DNA of 64,000 nt from Chrysomallon squamiferum (GCA_012295275.1 CM022672.1:22320001-22384000); one strand, 5' to 3'. Counted from the stretch's first letter, positions 37,790 to 52,400 are shown. Translations and numbers: made by a program. The notes: a model not told the origin generated them from the letters alone.

Positions 37790-40139
37790 TGTTATATACA
37801 TACCAATATAAGATTTTTAAACATGGACGTAAAGCCATAAATAATTATACAATTTCTATAGGTTGTTATGGTAGACACTTTTCATGATGTAAGGAAAATG
37901 TTAGGAGCTTAGTGCTGTGCAGTGTGTTTGTTAATTGTTATATTGCTTTTGTACGTAGGTGTATGCTCAAACACACACACACACTCATATTTATATATTA
38001 TAAAGTTTACTCTAATGTCATTAATTTTATTCCTTACAATTTGCAACCGAAAACTTTGCAACTGATCGCTGAGGATAAGTTACCTTTTATAATTAATTTT
38101 TTTTTTAACTTTTGTTTTTTAATTTATATATTATATTTTTTATTATTTTTTATTTTTACATTTGTTTTTTATTATTACTATTATTAAAACATTCAAGAAA
38201 AACAACTAATAAATTTTCATTACCTTTAATAGTAACAGTGACAACATATGATGATAATTCAAGACAGAAAATCTTTCAGTCAAAGTCTAAAATATTACCT
38301 GTCCATTTTTCACGTTATTTTTATATTCACTGAATCAATACTGAATCAAATCTTTACACTGGTACACAAATGAGTTCACTGGTACGTGTTTCTATACATT
38401 GTATTATTTTACGTATTATATTACATTTTATTTATCATACAGTATTCTCTATTGTACTGTATCCATTACATTACATCACATTTTAATTATTTTATTTATT
38501 TATTGCTGTTTCTTTAATGCATGTATATATTTACGTATATATGTGTGTGTTTGAGTGTGTGTGTGTGTGTTTGTTTGTGTGTGTGTGTGTTTCGTTATTT
38601 GTTGTTGTTTGTTTTTGTTTGGGTTTTTTGTTTGTTTTTTGTGTACATGTTCTTTTTGGAGGGAGGTGTTATTATCTGCATTCTATTTTTTTGTTATTTT
38701 TATTTTTATTTTTATTTTATTTTATTTTTTTTATTTTATTTTTTTTTTTATTTTTTTTTTTTTCCGAAAATGATGACAGTATGCAGATTTTATTACCTCT
38801 GTTTCGTTTCTTCTTCTTCGTCTTGTTTTCACCATTCTATAAATCAGAAACAAATAACAGCCACTCGTGATCGGAAAAGCACATCAAGCGATTAGCCAAA
38901 CCTGCAAAGAAAGTCACTTTTTTTTTTCTCTCTCTCTTTTTGTTATAGATGTTTATCTCGTCATAAAACACAGCGAACAAACGACAACGCCACATCAGCG
39001 AAGAAAAGTACAGTATTCGTCAAACGACACGTGGTATGTAATTTTCAACTTAATTAACCACACCGTGTTATTTGGGCATCGGTTCAATACACAAAAACAC
39101 ACACATAAAAAAAAAAAAAATTAATAATAATAATAATAATAATAATTTTTTCTTATTTTATTATAAGAAATCCATCAAAAAGCATCAGCTGTTTTTGTTA
39201 CATTTCACTATTCGATTATCGCAATAGAAATAATAATAATAAAAAAAAAAAATAATAATAAAAAAATCAATTTCACATTTTCCGGATACATCACACGGTC
39301 CCGCCCAGTTATCGGTGACGGTAGTCTCGTGCCCGCTGCGCCGTTAAGGCATCGATTGGATAATTCTTGACATGGGGCACGCGCACATTAGTTTGAGAAA
39401 GAAATTACATACATCTCGTCATATTTTCGCCTGGAAATAGGCAAAGATTTTACGGAGAGACTGAGCTGAACTGTAGCAGACTCGTTATTATAATCATTTG
39501 TTCTGGATAATTGCTACGCGCGAGCAGAATATGTCAAGAAGTCTTCGGGGTGTGGGGGCCAGGGGGAATGTGGTCTTTAATTTGGCGGAAAAGTCTTTTG
39601 ATTTTTATATCGATTATGTTCAGATACTTGTTATCATGTCAGAATGCAAGTACGCACAGAATATTAGTTGTTTTTACAAATTAGCGTAAATATTGACCTG
39701 TTATTGCAGTTTGGTGTCTCTGCGTGTGTGCGTCTGAACGCGCGAGCGCGCGCGTGTATATGTGTGTGTGTGTGTTTGATATATATGACAGATACATTGC
39801 CTGTCAGACAGGCAGGCAGACAGACAGACAGACAAACAGCTAGGCAGTCAAACGGACTGTCTGACAAGCGGATGTAACTCAGCTATCATAAAATCATGTT
39901 TTATGACATTATTATTATTTTCACATAACTAATGAAATCGGGAAGGTACATACCGACAAAAAAATAACAGAAAAGACAGAAAGAAAAATCTTACCATAAT
40001 AATATCTCGCCACATTTTTTCCCAATTATATAACTGAACTTTAACACTGTTAGTCATATAAAACTCAGTGTTTAATAGTTGACACTATAACTCCGTTGCC
40101 TTCAGCCGTTGCGACGTGATTCAGGAAACCAGAAACTAT

Positions 40140-40355
40140 ACGTCCCCATTACGTTACGCAACAAAACTAAAGCTGCAGTCACGTTACATGGGAAGTTAAA
40201 GCAACTGTTATGTTACATGGGAAACTTCGTTACATAACAAAGATCGTCGTTGCATTATATAGGAAGTTAAAGCCACTGTTACATTAATTACGAAACTAAA
40301 GCCATAGTTACGTTACATGAAAGTAAAGCCACCGTTACTCTACATGGGAAATTAA
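40140..40355. repeat. Degenerate ~29-bp minisatellite (gttacatgggaagttaaagc-like)
   Basis: About 6 imperfect copies of cgttacatggga...taaagc. Confidence 0.65.
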
Positions 40356-43300
40356 AGAGGCTGCTAGGAGGTTACGTCACTCAGATCGCATTACCTTCGG
40401 AAGACCACTGCCTCCATAACATTACTTTGGGCAATCAACAGCTTAAATTCTAAGACTTGCACACAATATTCTAAGATATGCTACTAAACAGTAATGTATC
40501 AGAGAAATATCTTTTAGCAGATTTTTTTTTTTTTTTTTTTTTTAACTTTGATGACTCCAAAACCGTTATTACAAAATTCAAATTGAAGTTGGTCGCAAAA
40601 TGTATTAGTTGCAGTTTGGTGTCAGTTTATAAATTTTTATGACTCTCCTTATGTAATATAACATGTTATTTTGATTGTATGTTTAGATCAGGCTTTTACT
40701 GCTAACCGTTTTTAATTAAAACTGAAATTTAATTCTTCTGTTCAGTTTTACATTTAAGTCGATATTTATATGATGTATTTATGTGTGTATGCATTTTCAG
40801 TAACTTTTGTCAGTGGGTGTGCATTCTAAACCATGAACTAAAAAAAAAGAAAAGCCTTAAATTATCGAAACTTCCTAAGACATTATATTTCAATAATAGA
40901 ACTTAACCATTTTTTTAATCGATGAATTATTTATTTCAAAAACCTATAAACTCCTTCATTTATTATGCAAATATCGTTTATAATGATAATGATAATGATG
41001 AGGATGATGATGATGATGATATGATATGATGATAATGGTTAACAACAACAAGAAGAAAAGAAAGAAGAAGAAGGAGAAGGAGGAAAAAAAAATAAAAAAA
41101 AAAAAAAAAAACACTACAGTATGAAATTATGAAATAACAGAAACAAAACAGTCGATTGTAATTCTCAGGCGGATATCTGATACTGCTGTTCTAAACAGTT
41201 TGAAGATAATTTCAAATTAAATCAAGAAAGGCTAATCACTTAGATCGCTAACCTTCGACAGAAAACGAGTACCCAAGGGTGGGGATGCAGGAGCTGTCTG
41301 GAGGGGTGCTTTCCTGTGAGGCACCACCGCTGAAATCTTATAATAGCGCGAGAGCTCGACTTGACACGACTGAATGGAGAGGTCAAGTGAAACGAACAAG
41401 CCACGTGATCTGCGCTGACCCCTACTAGACCCCTAGGGCATAACATGCCGATTGTTTTGTCATGTGACTGACGCAAAGGTAAAGAGGATGAGACATAATA
41501 TAATTTAATTAAGTCACTTCCTTCGTTGTAAACTGCGTTTGCCAGACGTTGGCGCCATGTTCTGACACGTGACCGCGCCAGTGTGCGCCCAAAATGTTGG
41601 TTTAAATAAGTGCGAGCTTGCACGCGCCGTGATACGAAGACAGCCAATAGAAATTAGTCTTTTTTCTTCTTCATCGTCGTCGTCTTGTTCTTTTAATTTA
41701 TTTTAAACCATTGTTTGTTTTTTATTGGTTTTACAATGTTATTAATCACTTTATCTTATTTCTTGTTTTTTGGGGGGTGTTGGGGTAAATGAGATATAAC
41801 GAAAACCGAAAGAAATAGGTTATTTTATCTTGTTACAATTTAATAATATTATCACTGCGTCCGTGTATGTGTTCGTATGTGTGTGTGAGTGTAAATGGTA
41901 TTTTGAGAATTTTATTTCGTTTCTTTTTAATTATTATTTTGGGGTTTATTTATTTGAACTGTTTATTTATTATTTGTTTGTTTCTTGTTTTTATTTTTGT
42001 TGTTATTGTTGTTACTTTTTTTTTCTTCTTTTTTTGTGGGGGAGAAGCGCTTTCTTTTTTTGTTTCTTTTTCTTATAAATTTTTTTTTTTTTTTTTTTTA
42101 GTTGTTGTTTAAATGAGGATATTCTAAAATCCTGTAATCCCGTAGTTGTCCATCTGCACTAAACAGTCTATAGTAATGATATTTAGATATTGAAATAATT
42201 CTGAAATATTGCTGTATGCAGATATGGGTAGGCGTATATGTATTTATCTATTCATCTGTTACGATTTCTTTTTCTTCTTTTCTTTCTTTTTTTTAAAAAT
42301 TAATTAATGAATTTATTTATTTATTTATTATTGTTGTTGTTATTACCATCTTCATCATTTACTTGTTCATTTATTTATTTATTTGTTTGTTTGTTTGTTT
42401 GTTTGTTTGTTTGTTTGTTTGTTTGTTTGTTTGTATTATTAAATATTTATCCAGCAGCACAGATACTGCAGCTGATTCATATTTGTGTATTTTCTGAACC
42501 AAGGCTTAATACATAGTAAAAAACATAAAATCAACAATGAAAAGTAAAGAACGAAATTGTATTTAACTGATATAAATTAATATTTTTCTAGAGTCCGTTT
42601 TCTTGGAACCGGATTAATGGTCTTTTATCTGTAATAATCACTCATTCATTCGTTCATACATTCATCCATTCATTCATTCACTGACTTACCCCTCTCCTTC
42701 TTGTTATACTAACTGAATCACCACAGAGTCAGATTTATAATGTTCTTTCATAGACTCAGAATCTGTTAACATCGCAACAAAGACCATTTTATTTGCATCA
42801 CTGCAACCAGTTATATCAAGCAGAAGTAATCTATGGATCCATTTGCATCATCATTTGGATCAGGTAAAGGTAATAACAGGGGATTGGCAGTCTTACAAGA
42901 ACGTCCGTTCCTTGCTCCAAGAATAGATAATCTGACACAAGGTATCAACCTCAAGTCATTTACCTGTAGAAAATGAAGTTACCTGTTTTCCGTCCCGACT
43001 GAGAAAACGTTTTAAAGTCACACTGATAGGAAATCTCAGTTCGTGTTCAGTTCTACCCGCTGCTAACAGGAACGCGCCAACGATGTCAGGAAAAAAAAAA
43101 GGTGCGTGACCCCGGAGTGATAGTTATAAACTTTAAAGAAAAGTTTTTCACATTTTTAAAGAAAAAAGGATCAATCAACAAATAAATAAAATAAAATGAA
43201 ATAGCAGAAAATAAAATAAAATAAATAAATAAAACGACTTGAAATTTAAAAATATAATAATAATTTGTATAAATGTAACGTTTTAAATGCCTCATTTTCC

Positions 43301-43357
43301 CTATCTCCTCCATGTAATTATTACAGATAAGCTTTAATTTTTTATATATATGTATTC

Positions 43358-43588
43358 CATATCTAAACATCATTTCTACAGTCTAATTAATATATACGGA
43401 AAGATTTTATTTTATTTTTTTTTTTTTAAATGTTTGGTATCTAAATAGCATTACTACACAACGAATAATTCATATGGACAGATTTATTTATTTATTTATT
43501 ATTAAGACGGGATAATCTATATGGGCATATTTATTTATTAAAAATATTTCGATATCTAAATACCATTACTACAGACTGAATGATCTAT

Positions 43589-43635
<47 letters not shown>

Positions 43636-43905
43636 TATATTTATTTAAAAAGAAAGATAAATAAAAGGTCGGTACCTAAATATTACTAAACACTGAATAA
43701 TCCATAAAGACAGATTTATTTATTTAAAAAATAATAATAATAATAATAATAAAAAAAATTATAATAATAAATAAAAAATGTTCCGAATCTAAGCATCATT
43801 ACTTGCGATCTGGATAATCTATATGGACAGATTTATTTTGTTTTAAAAATGCTCTGTATCTAAACATCGTTACTGCTGGCTGGATAATCCATATGGACAG
43901 ATGGA
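43358..43905. repeat. Degenerate tandem array: ~50-bp core (tatctaaa..cattact...gaataatccatatggacagat) with variable AT-rich linkers
   Basis: Core copies start near 43360, 43438, 43554, 43673, 43787 and 43857, plus a partial copy near 43510. Confidence 0.75.
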
Positions 43906-44170
43906 CAAAACTGCGGGGTGCGAAGGTTTCAGAATACCCCCACGGAGGATACACTTTGATCCCACCGTCCGATCGATATGTGTCCGTTAGTGTCACGTAA
44001 CAATTTGTTCTACAGTGTTTGTGTATTGAGTAACAGACGTTACGACATGCTTTACACTCGGGGGAACAGTCAGATGGGGGTGGGTTAACAAGTCTGGCGA
44101 CCCGTGTCAGCTGAAGTCCATGAGGGTTTTTTTTTTTTTTTTTCAAAACAGATTATTGGCGGATCCAGGA

Positions 44171-44194
44171 GGGGTTCAATCCCCGGCATCTCCA
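44171..44194 (+). pseudogene. 3' fragment of tRNA-Ala (T-arm plus acceptor strand)
   Basis: GGGGTTCAATCCCCGGCATCTCCA is nearly identical to the 3' end of the tRNA-Ala at 37718-37789. Confidence 0.6.
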
Positions 44195-44558
44195 TTATGT
44201 TTGTTAATTTATTATTATTTTCAATTTTTAATTGTTATTTTATTTTTATTATTATTATTATTATTATTACATTTTGTTTTATTTTTTTTTTTTTTTTTTG
44301 GTTATGGTCAAATGTAAATTATGGTTGAAGTTATAATAACATCAGTAATTGTCATCCCTCCCCCTTTCTGAAATGCACGATTGGCCCCCCTTGTGGGCGG
44401 GCATACATCTATCACATTCAATTTTCATTTCTTCTCTGTTAATACAATTTCAGCATATGGAAAATGAAAATAATCTGTTTAGTATTTTATTTCGTTTTAT
44501 TTTATTTTATTAATATTTGTTTTTAATTACTGTTATGCAGTTTCTTTCTTTTTTTCTT

Positions 44559-44597
<39 letters not shown>

Positions 44598-44929
44598 TAT
44601 GATGATAACAGGCTGTGAATATGATAGAGATTTGGGTTGTTGTTTTCTTCTTTTTCTTCTTCTTATTTTTCTTCTTCTTCTTATTCTTATTATTATTCTT
44701 CTTCTTCATGATTATTATCATCATCATCATCATCATTATTACTACTACTATCATCATTTTTTTTTATTTGCTGCTGATTTTGGTGTTGCTCACAACGGTG
44801 TCATTAGAATCTTTTCTAATCTGAAATAAATCATTTAAAAAAAATAATTATATTGATTATTTATCACAAATGTTTCTCTTCTGTTGTAGTATTTTATTAA
44901 AGCATATTCGTTTTTACTTATTGTTTTTC

Positions 44930-44967
<38 letters not shown>

Positions 44968-44982
44968 TTAAGTTTTGATTAA

Positions 44983-45055
44983 AGTAATGTAGCTCAGTGG
45001 TGAAGCGTTTGCTTCTCACGTCAAAGACCCCGGTTTCAATCCATAGCCATTACAT
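44983..45055 (+). pseudogene. tRNA-Ala-derived pseudogene / tRNA-like element (anticodon position reads CTC)
   Basis: TGTAGCTCAGTGGTGAAGCGTTTGCTTCTCACGTCAAAGACCCCGGTTTCAATCC aligns to the tRNA-Ala; T-arm damaged; GTAATG/CATTAC acceptor pairing retained. Confidence 0.7.
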
Positions 45056-45091
45056 TCGTTCGTGTTCTTCGATTTTTTAAATTAAGAGTCC

Positions 45092-45146
<55 letters not shown>

Positions 45147-45909
45147 GATTTTTTATTAATAATTCAATATCATGAAAAATGTGTTTTTGAATTTAAGTTT
45201 AAGTATTTTTGTGTTTATATAGAGATGCTACGAGGCTTGTTGCTGTTGTTTCTCTTCTTCAACGCGTCCACCGTGTTTTATTATATTTTATAAATGTGTT
45301 TGTGTTGTGTCCAGTAGTCCCTATTCCAGCAACAACCTTCTACGGTTCTTTTTGTTGATGTATTTTGTATTTTGCTAACATTATTCTGCCGTAACTTTGG
45401 TGGTGACTTGGATACTTAAAATTCAACGACTGTGATTACAAAACGGTTTTTGTTTTTGTTTTTGTTTGGCTTTTTTAGTTGTCGTAAGTTTTAATTTTTA
45501 TATATTTATTTTTTATATTTATATATTTTTTTTTTTTTCTTTTTTTTCTTTTTTGTGTGTTTAACTGTATTTGGCATTTTGTAACATGATTAAGATGGTG
45601 ATTTTATCTATTCTTTTTTTCTTCTTCTTCTTTTCTAACTGCGTATACGGTTATTATTCTTTTGTGCTTGCTGTTTTCTCTTTTTTCTTCTTCTTCTTCT
45701 TTTTTATTTTTATATATATTTTTTTATATTCTGTTTTATTACAATATATTCTTTTCTATTTTATTTTGTGTTTTTTTCATTTTGTATAATTTTTTATTTG
45801 TTCATTATGCCAAATCATGGCGGACAAATACTACACTTCTGGTTTATCAAAGACTCTTGGTCCATGCTTTACTGTTTTGGATAAGGAGAATGAAATATAT
45901 ATATTTCTG

Positions 45910-45973
<64 letters not shown>

Positions 45974-46151
45974 ACTCTTTTATTTTATTAAATTATATTT
46001 GTTTTGTTTATTTTGTTTTTACTTTATTCTGTTTTGTTTTTCATCACCATTTTTATGAACGGGAAATTTGGGGACTTATTTTGATTGCTGTTTGTTTGAT
46101 TTTTCTTGGATTATTTGGATTTGATTATCATATTGCAATAATTAACCATTT

Positions 46152-46258
<107 letters not shown>

Positions 46259-47218
46259 AAACCAGATGTAAGTGAAAACAAACAAGTAAAAACGAAGCTT
46301 AACACAAGAACTGTTACTCACACGTTTTATTTCTAATTTAAACTCTGATCACTTCCTTCATTTCTGCAACTGGCAGGTGCAAGGGAAGACCCTTCACACT
46401 TCACAAAAGTAAATTTCCCGAATCTTGAGCGTTAAAACAAACAGAAAACACTTCATTTCAACTTTATTATACTTCTCGAACCAAAGGATATGATTGAATG
46501 AAGTCTCGTGTTTTAACGCAAATATCTCGCGGCTGTCAGCCATCTTTTGTTTAGTCACGTGACATCACAACCACAAATTCTTTTTTCAAGACAACAAGAG
46601 AGCAATGGACGATGATCGATCGAGTGAATTTAGTCACTTCTAAAACCACAACAACAATATAAAATATTCTTTTTTTGTCATTTCTTCATCCGATTACAGT
46701 ATGAAATGTACAGACATTTCAAGATGGCGGGCGACTTCCATCAAGCCGGTCGCGTGGCAATGTCTCGTTCACAAGCTCGAGAGAGTACACCGGAAATCTT
46801 TTTCTTGCAGATTAATAACTTTGACACATAAATATCAAGAGCTTTCAAATTCACAGGAGTTTTTTTCTTCTTCTTCTTCTTCTTTTTCTTCCTTGCTTTC
46901 GTTTTTTTTTTTTTTCTTCTTTTTTTAAGAAAAGAAATGTAATGATGATAGTTGGCAATGATTAATTTTGAACGATAAAAATATGTAAAGGATGGTGTAC
47001 CTATTATCAGAAATGTCTTTTTGCATTTTAATCTTACTTTTTTATGTCTAGAAAATCCCCTGTATTGTTGTCGTCTTCTTGTCATTATTATTATTATACC
47101 AATTATATCCATTACTGATATTAGATTGCATGTATTTGTGTATATGTCTGTTTTTGTGCGAGAAGGGTTAAGAAATGGATGACGGTTTATTGCTTTCAAC
47201 AGTAAATCAGTGAATAGA

Positions 47219-47303
<85 letters not shown>

Positions 47304-49407
47304 AAATAAACGTTTAAAAAGTCACTCAAATACACACTCGCAATTTAACAGGGAAAATTCTGCAGAGAACGACATTCAGACAGACAGACCTACAGAATGA
47401 GCTTGAACTATTGAACTTTTAACGCATTAAAAAAAAAAAAAAAAAATGTAGGATAGACTTCATTTTATATATTTTATATGACAGACCTCGTCGCTTCACT
47501 TTGTCCGCTTCCTTCCGCTTTGACAACGCAAGCACTTAACCTTCTATCAATTGTAGCGACTGAAAACGTAAATGAAATGTCGCGCCAAGAAAGCCGCGCA
47601 TCAAAATAGATTCTCTTAAAACCGAAGTGACGCGATGCGTTAAATATTGTTAGAACGTATTACCGTGATTAGAAAATAAGAAATTTTATTATCTTTGCCT
47701 CGAATGACACGGAATATCGAAGGCTTTCAAACGCGGTCGAAAACTGCGGCTAAGAAGAAAAAAAAAAAAAAAAATGGCCGCACTATTGCGTTAAGTTGAT
47801 AACAATAGAAACGTCAAATCGACGTTTTCCAGTTTTGATCAGATTGATGGTGACGTGGCGAGATTTGACTGAGGAATTGATTCTTCGTGTCACTTGTCGT
47901 TATCTGATGATTTGATAGCTGCTTTAAGCCTTCCCTTCCCCACCCCCATCGTTCCTAGCAAGAAAATTTGTCTGATCTTATTTTTGAAATATTTACGACG
48001 TTATCGCGGGTCGCTGTTTTGAGTTCGTCGTGGTTGTAAAGTGATTTTTGTTAAAATTTATTTTTGTCGATATTTGTTTTATTTCGCATCGATTTGGCTA
48101 ATTTGGTTTTTTTCTGATGAAAACTTCGTTTCGTTTGGGATTGGTGATTGACAGAGGAGATTATGTCGTTCGTTGTTAGCTGGATGGATGGGTGGATGAC
48201 GACGGATGGTTCGTTCGTTCGTTCGTTCTCTCTTAGATTGCATGGTTGGTTCATATATTTAGTCACTCATTAATGAAGTGATATTATTTATTCTGTTGAT
48301 GAAGATAATTTTATTTTCGGATTTATTAAGAAAACAAGTAAAGGACATGATTATTTTTCAATCATATGTGAAAAACGTAGTAATTATTTAAATTTTTTCC
48401 TTTTTTTTTTTCTTCTTCTTCTTCTTCTGTAGACTTTAGTTTAAACAGGCTACATTTTGCTACTTTAAGCACGAGATCTGTTATGTGTTTGAATTAGAAA
48501 ATAAATAACACGACTTTGATAAACTAGAGTGCGTCTGGAACGGAAAAAAGTCAAAGAGTTTACGTGTATGAGACATCCATGTACTGCTGAACCTCGATTT
48601 CGCTGTCTAATAGTGGAGAACACCGGCTCGGAAAACACAAGTTGAAAAATTGCGAATGTAAACATTAAACTTTACTACACGTAACAGCTACATAATTCAG
48701 TCATACAATAATGTGAGAACAATATATAGACACACAAACTATGTAAATAAATGTCATGCTGAATATGTAAGAAACTGGGATGAGAGAGGGTTACCGTGAT
48801 CGCACAGTAAGGCTCATAGTAATTCAATAGTATCTAACACAGGGGTGGGAAGGATATCGCCTCATCACATTTAAAATCTCATTTGAAATATAACGAGACT
48901 GCTTGTCAGTGTAAACACTCGTACACCATGAATTTCCTACGACTGTCAGATTCAGTACAAAACAAGGCATCCTCCAGTATTCATTTTTTTTTTTAGATCC
49001 GACAGTTTTAAAGTTGTTATTTAATAAAAGTCATAAATAACATTAATAACTGTTTTATTTTTGACTTTAATGGGAATCACAGAGGAATGAAGTCAATTCT
49101 CATGGAAAACTGTAAAAGGACCCAATTTTTTATATGCAGCATTTTAAGTCACAGAGATTCACTGTTAGAAAATTATGCATATCGTATGTGTTATGCTTTC
49201 AACTTTTACGTAATTAACAATGAAATCTGTGTGGCCGTAGTGCCAGTGAAGTTAAAATGCTGCGGTCTATAAGATCAGAAAGATTGCGCACCTCTGACCT
49301 AGAGTTGAGGTTTCAAGTGGGAAATGGCGCTAATATCAAATGTTATTTTTTCCGGATTTCCCGAAATTCGGAACACTGAGGTCCGTGAGGTTCAACATGC
49401 AAATCTT

Positions 49408-49447
<40 letters not shown>

Positions 49448-52400
49448 CAAGTTTAAATATCAGTTTGATAGCTGCTACTGTTTTTTTTGTGTGGGTTTTT
49501 TCACTAATTTATGACAAGAAAATATATTTCTATAAGCATTTTTTTTTTTTTTTTTTATCAATTTCTAGTAAATAACAATAGCTATATTTGTTTTGCATAT
49601 AATAATAACTAAAAATCATCGTCCTGCAAACAGAATTTAACACCAAACACCATCAGAATATTATCAACAAAATATCGTAACCTTGGTCACTCGAATCCAA
49701 AAGAAGAGGAAGGGAAACCAAATTTATTTTTAAATTTCCTTTTTCAAAAATGTCTAAATAAACCAAACGGATAATTCGTAAATATTTGTCGTAACTTTTC
49801 TTTTATATCCTTTTTTTTTTCATTTTTCTTCATTTTTTTTTTTTTTTACATCATCATTATTATGTTTCAAAAATTAATAATATTTTTACTGGAACGCTTT
49901 AAGAGACCCTTGGGGATAGCATTTTTACGTGGCACATCCTGTTTCCTTAAGAAAAACATTTGATGAAGAAGTTTTTTCAAAAATCGAGGAAGCGGACGGT
50001 TTTCTAACCGCGGAACGAGGCTCGTCTCATTGTGGAATCGGCTTAACAACGCAAAGCGCGGGAACACGACGGCAATTTCTATCTCGTTATGCAATGTACA
50101 AGTGCAGATATAATGGTCCATTTCTCCCTCGAGTCGCATGCAATGAGTGGAAAATTGGCGCCATTCATGACAATTTGTCCCTTTCTCTCAGTAATGTGGA
50201 TGTTTGTTCATTACGGTCATTGTTGTCGCGTGCCTAGCACGAGCCCCGAAGTTTTGTTGGCGCGTTCTTAAAATACGCGTCCCATTTCGACGTCGTTGAG
50301 GTGAGGGGGAGAGGGTAGGGGGGGGGGGGGATGATGTCGGGGGGAAAAGATGCTACAGTCTTTTTCGAAGAGTTTAATTAACGATCAGAATACGCAGGAG
50401 AAAAATTAGAAAATAAATGAGTAATAAGAATATATGAATGAATGAATGAAATAAAATAAAATAAAATACAGTAATGATAAAAATTAATTGTAAAAATAAA
50501 ATAAAATAAAATATAAAATTAATAAAATAAAATAAAATACACGTAATGATAAAAGTAAAATATAAAATTAAACTAAATTTCAGAAAATAAAATAAATTTA
50601 AAAAAAACACAAAAGGATATCTGGATATCTGGTTATTATTTACTGTGTTAGTCGCAGACTCGCTCGGGGCTGGACTCGTTCCACGCCGATCAGAAGACCA
50701 ACAGGAAGCCAACGACTGTCATTTCTACTCGACAAGCCTTGGGAAAGAAATAATACAAAAAAAAAAGCGTTTACACGAAAATATTTCCCCCTCCTCCCCC
50801 CTCACCCGTCCGCTTTCTGAACCGCTTTACTCGCACTCGATTCCTCATTTACCACCATTCTTTTTACCCGGGGAAAACCGTGAATCCGTGGCCCCTCTTA
50901 ACACGGGGACTTAAAGAAGAACGGACAATTGATTCGCATGAATTGGAAACACAATCTAATTTTTACCAATTATGGTTTCCAAGGCAACGCTGACAGTGAC
51001 TTTGATTTTGTTAGCAGTAAGGTCGCCATCGCTAATGATTTGTAAAATTACCCTTATCAAAGCCTCCTTCGTACAAGCCTCCGTCGTCGTTGAAGGCAGA
51101 TCGTCACTGCGATGATTGACTTCGCGATCTTGTTCCAATTACGTCTCATAATTCAATCACGGAGAGCCGGGGACCGACTTGAAAGAATTACGTGAAAGAA
51201 ATGACAACTTCCGATTTCTGATTTCCGCTATCAAAGAACTGCAGCGGAAACTAACGGTGTCATGCTTACAATCTTCTTTTGATTTTCTCGAGCCAGACTT
51301 TGATCCATACCATTTTTTTATTTTTTTATTTTTTTTACTTTTTTCATTTTTATTTTTAAAATTTATTTTATTTTATGTTGGGTTTTTTTTTAACCCCCAC
51401 GGCATAGAATGTAAATTTTAGTTGTGCTTATGTTTTGACATTTATTTTTATTTTATAAAAGAATACCGGTTTTTTTTTTTTTTTTTTTTAGTTCTGTCTC
51501 TTTTCTGTAACTTGTATTCTTTTCTTTTTCTTTATATTTTATTTTTGAACCTTTTTCTTTTCATGTTATTTCTTTATTTTTCTCTCTTTTTTTTTTTTTT
51601 TTTTCACTAGCTTTTCTTTTCAGATCTTTTTTTTTTTTTTTTTTTTTCGTTTTTAAATTATTATAATTTTCAGAGTATTATTAATTTGTACATCTCATTT
51701 TCTGTGCAAAAAGGTAAAAATGAACAAGAGCTGTCTCTCTGATACTGCGGTGATAAAAAACAGTAAAACAAAATGCGCTCGCTTCTCAGTTATTTTACAC
51801 ATGTGTTTATCTGAGATCCCAACCAGCAAGTGAATGTTAATAATATCACATGATATTTGATAACATGATTATCTTTCCACTGTGTTTTCAAACGTATGGA
51901 ATATCACTTACATAATAAACTCCATGTCAGTTTTATTTTTAAAAATAACAAAACTTCTACTTTATCTAATGTATCCATTACCTATATATATATATATATA
52001 TATATTTCATGCAAATATTTTTTTACTGAATATTAAAGGATTCTTATTATTTTTGTTAAACATTTACTTTATTTTACTTTTTTGTTATTTATATTTTTTA
52101 CTGTTCTTCTTGTTACAATTTTTGGATTATTTATTTATTTATTTATTTAGTTAGTTATTTATTTATTTATTTATTTTATTTTATTTTATTTTATATTGTA
52201 TTTTTCTTGTCCTCCCAGTGTACTGTAATTAAATATTTATTTATTTTCATATTTCCATTTCTGCAATAATGTATTGCTGTTACATCATTATTACAAACTT
52301 TCTAACGGACAGCTAGACAGATAATTTACTTTCTTCATCTTTACTATCATCATCATGGTTGTCATTACCATTATTGTCATCATCATAGTTATTATTAGTA

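Noticed and set aside
39869-39885. GCGGATGTAACTCAG resembling a tRNA 5' end
   Set aside because: No anticodon arm, T-arm or B box follows.
41240-41647. 135-aa minus-strand ORF
   Set aside because: Non-ATG start, no domain, no splice support; better explained as a GC-rich regulatory island.
43358-43905. Possible CRISPR-like repeat-spacer array
   Set aside because: Eukaryotic context, no cas genes, degenerate repeats, and low-complexity spacers of variable length.
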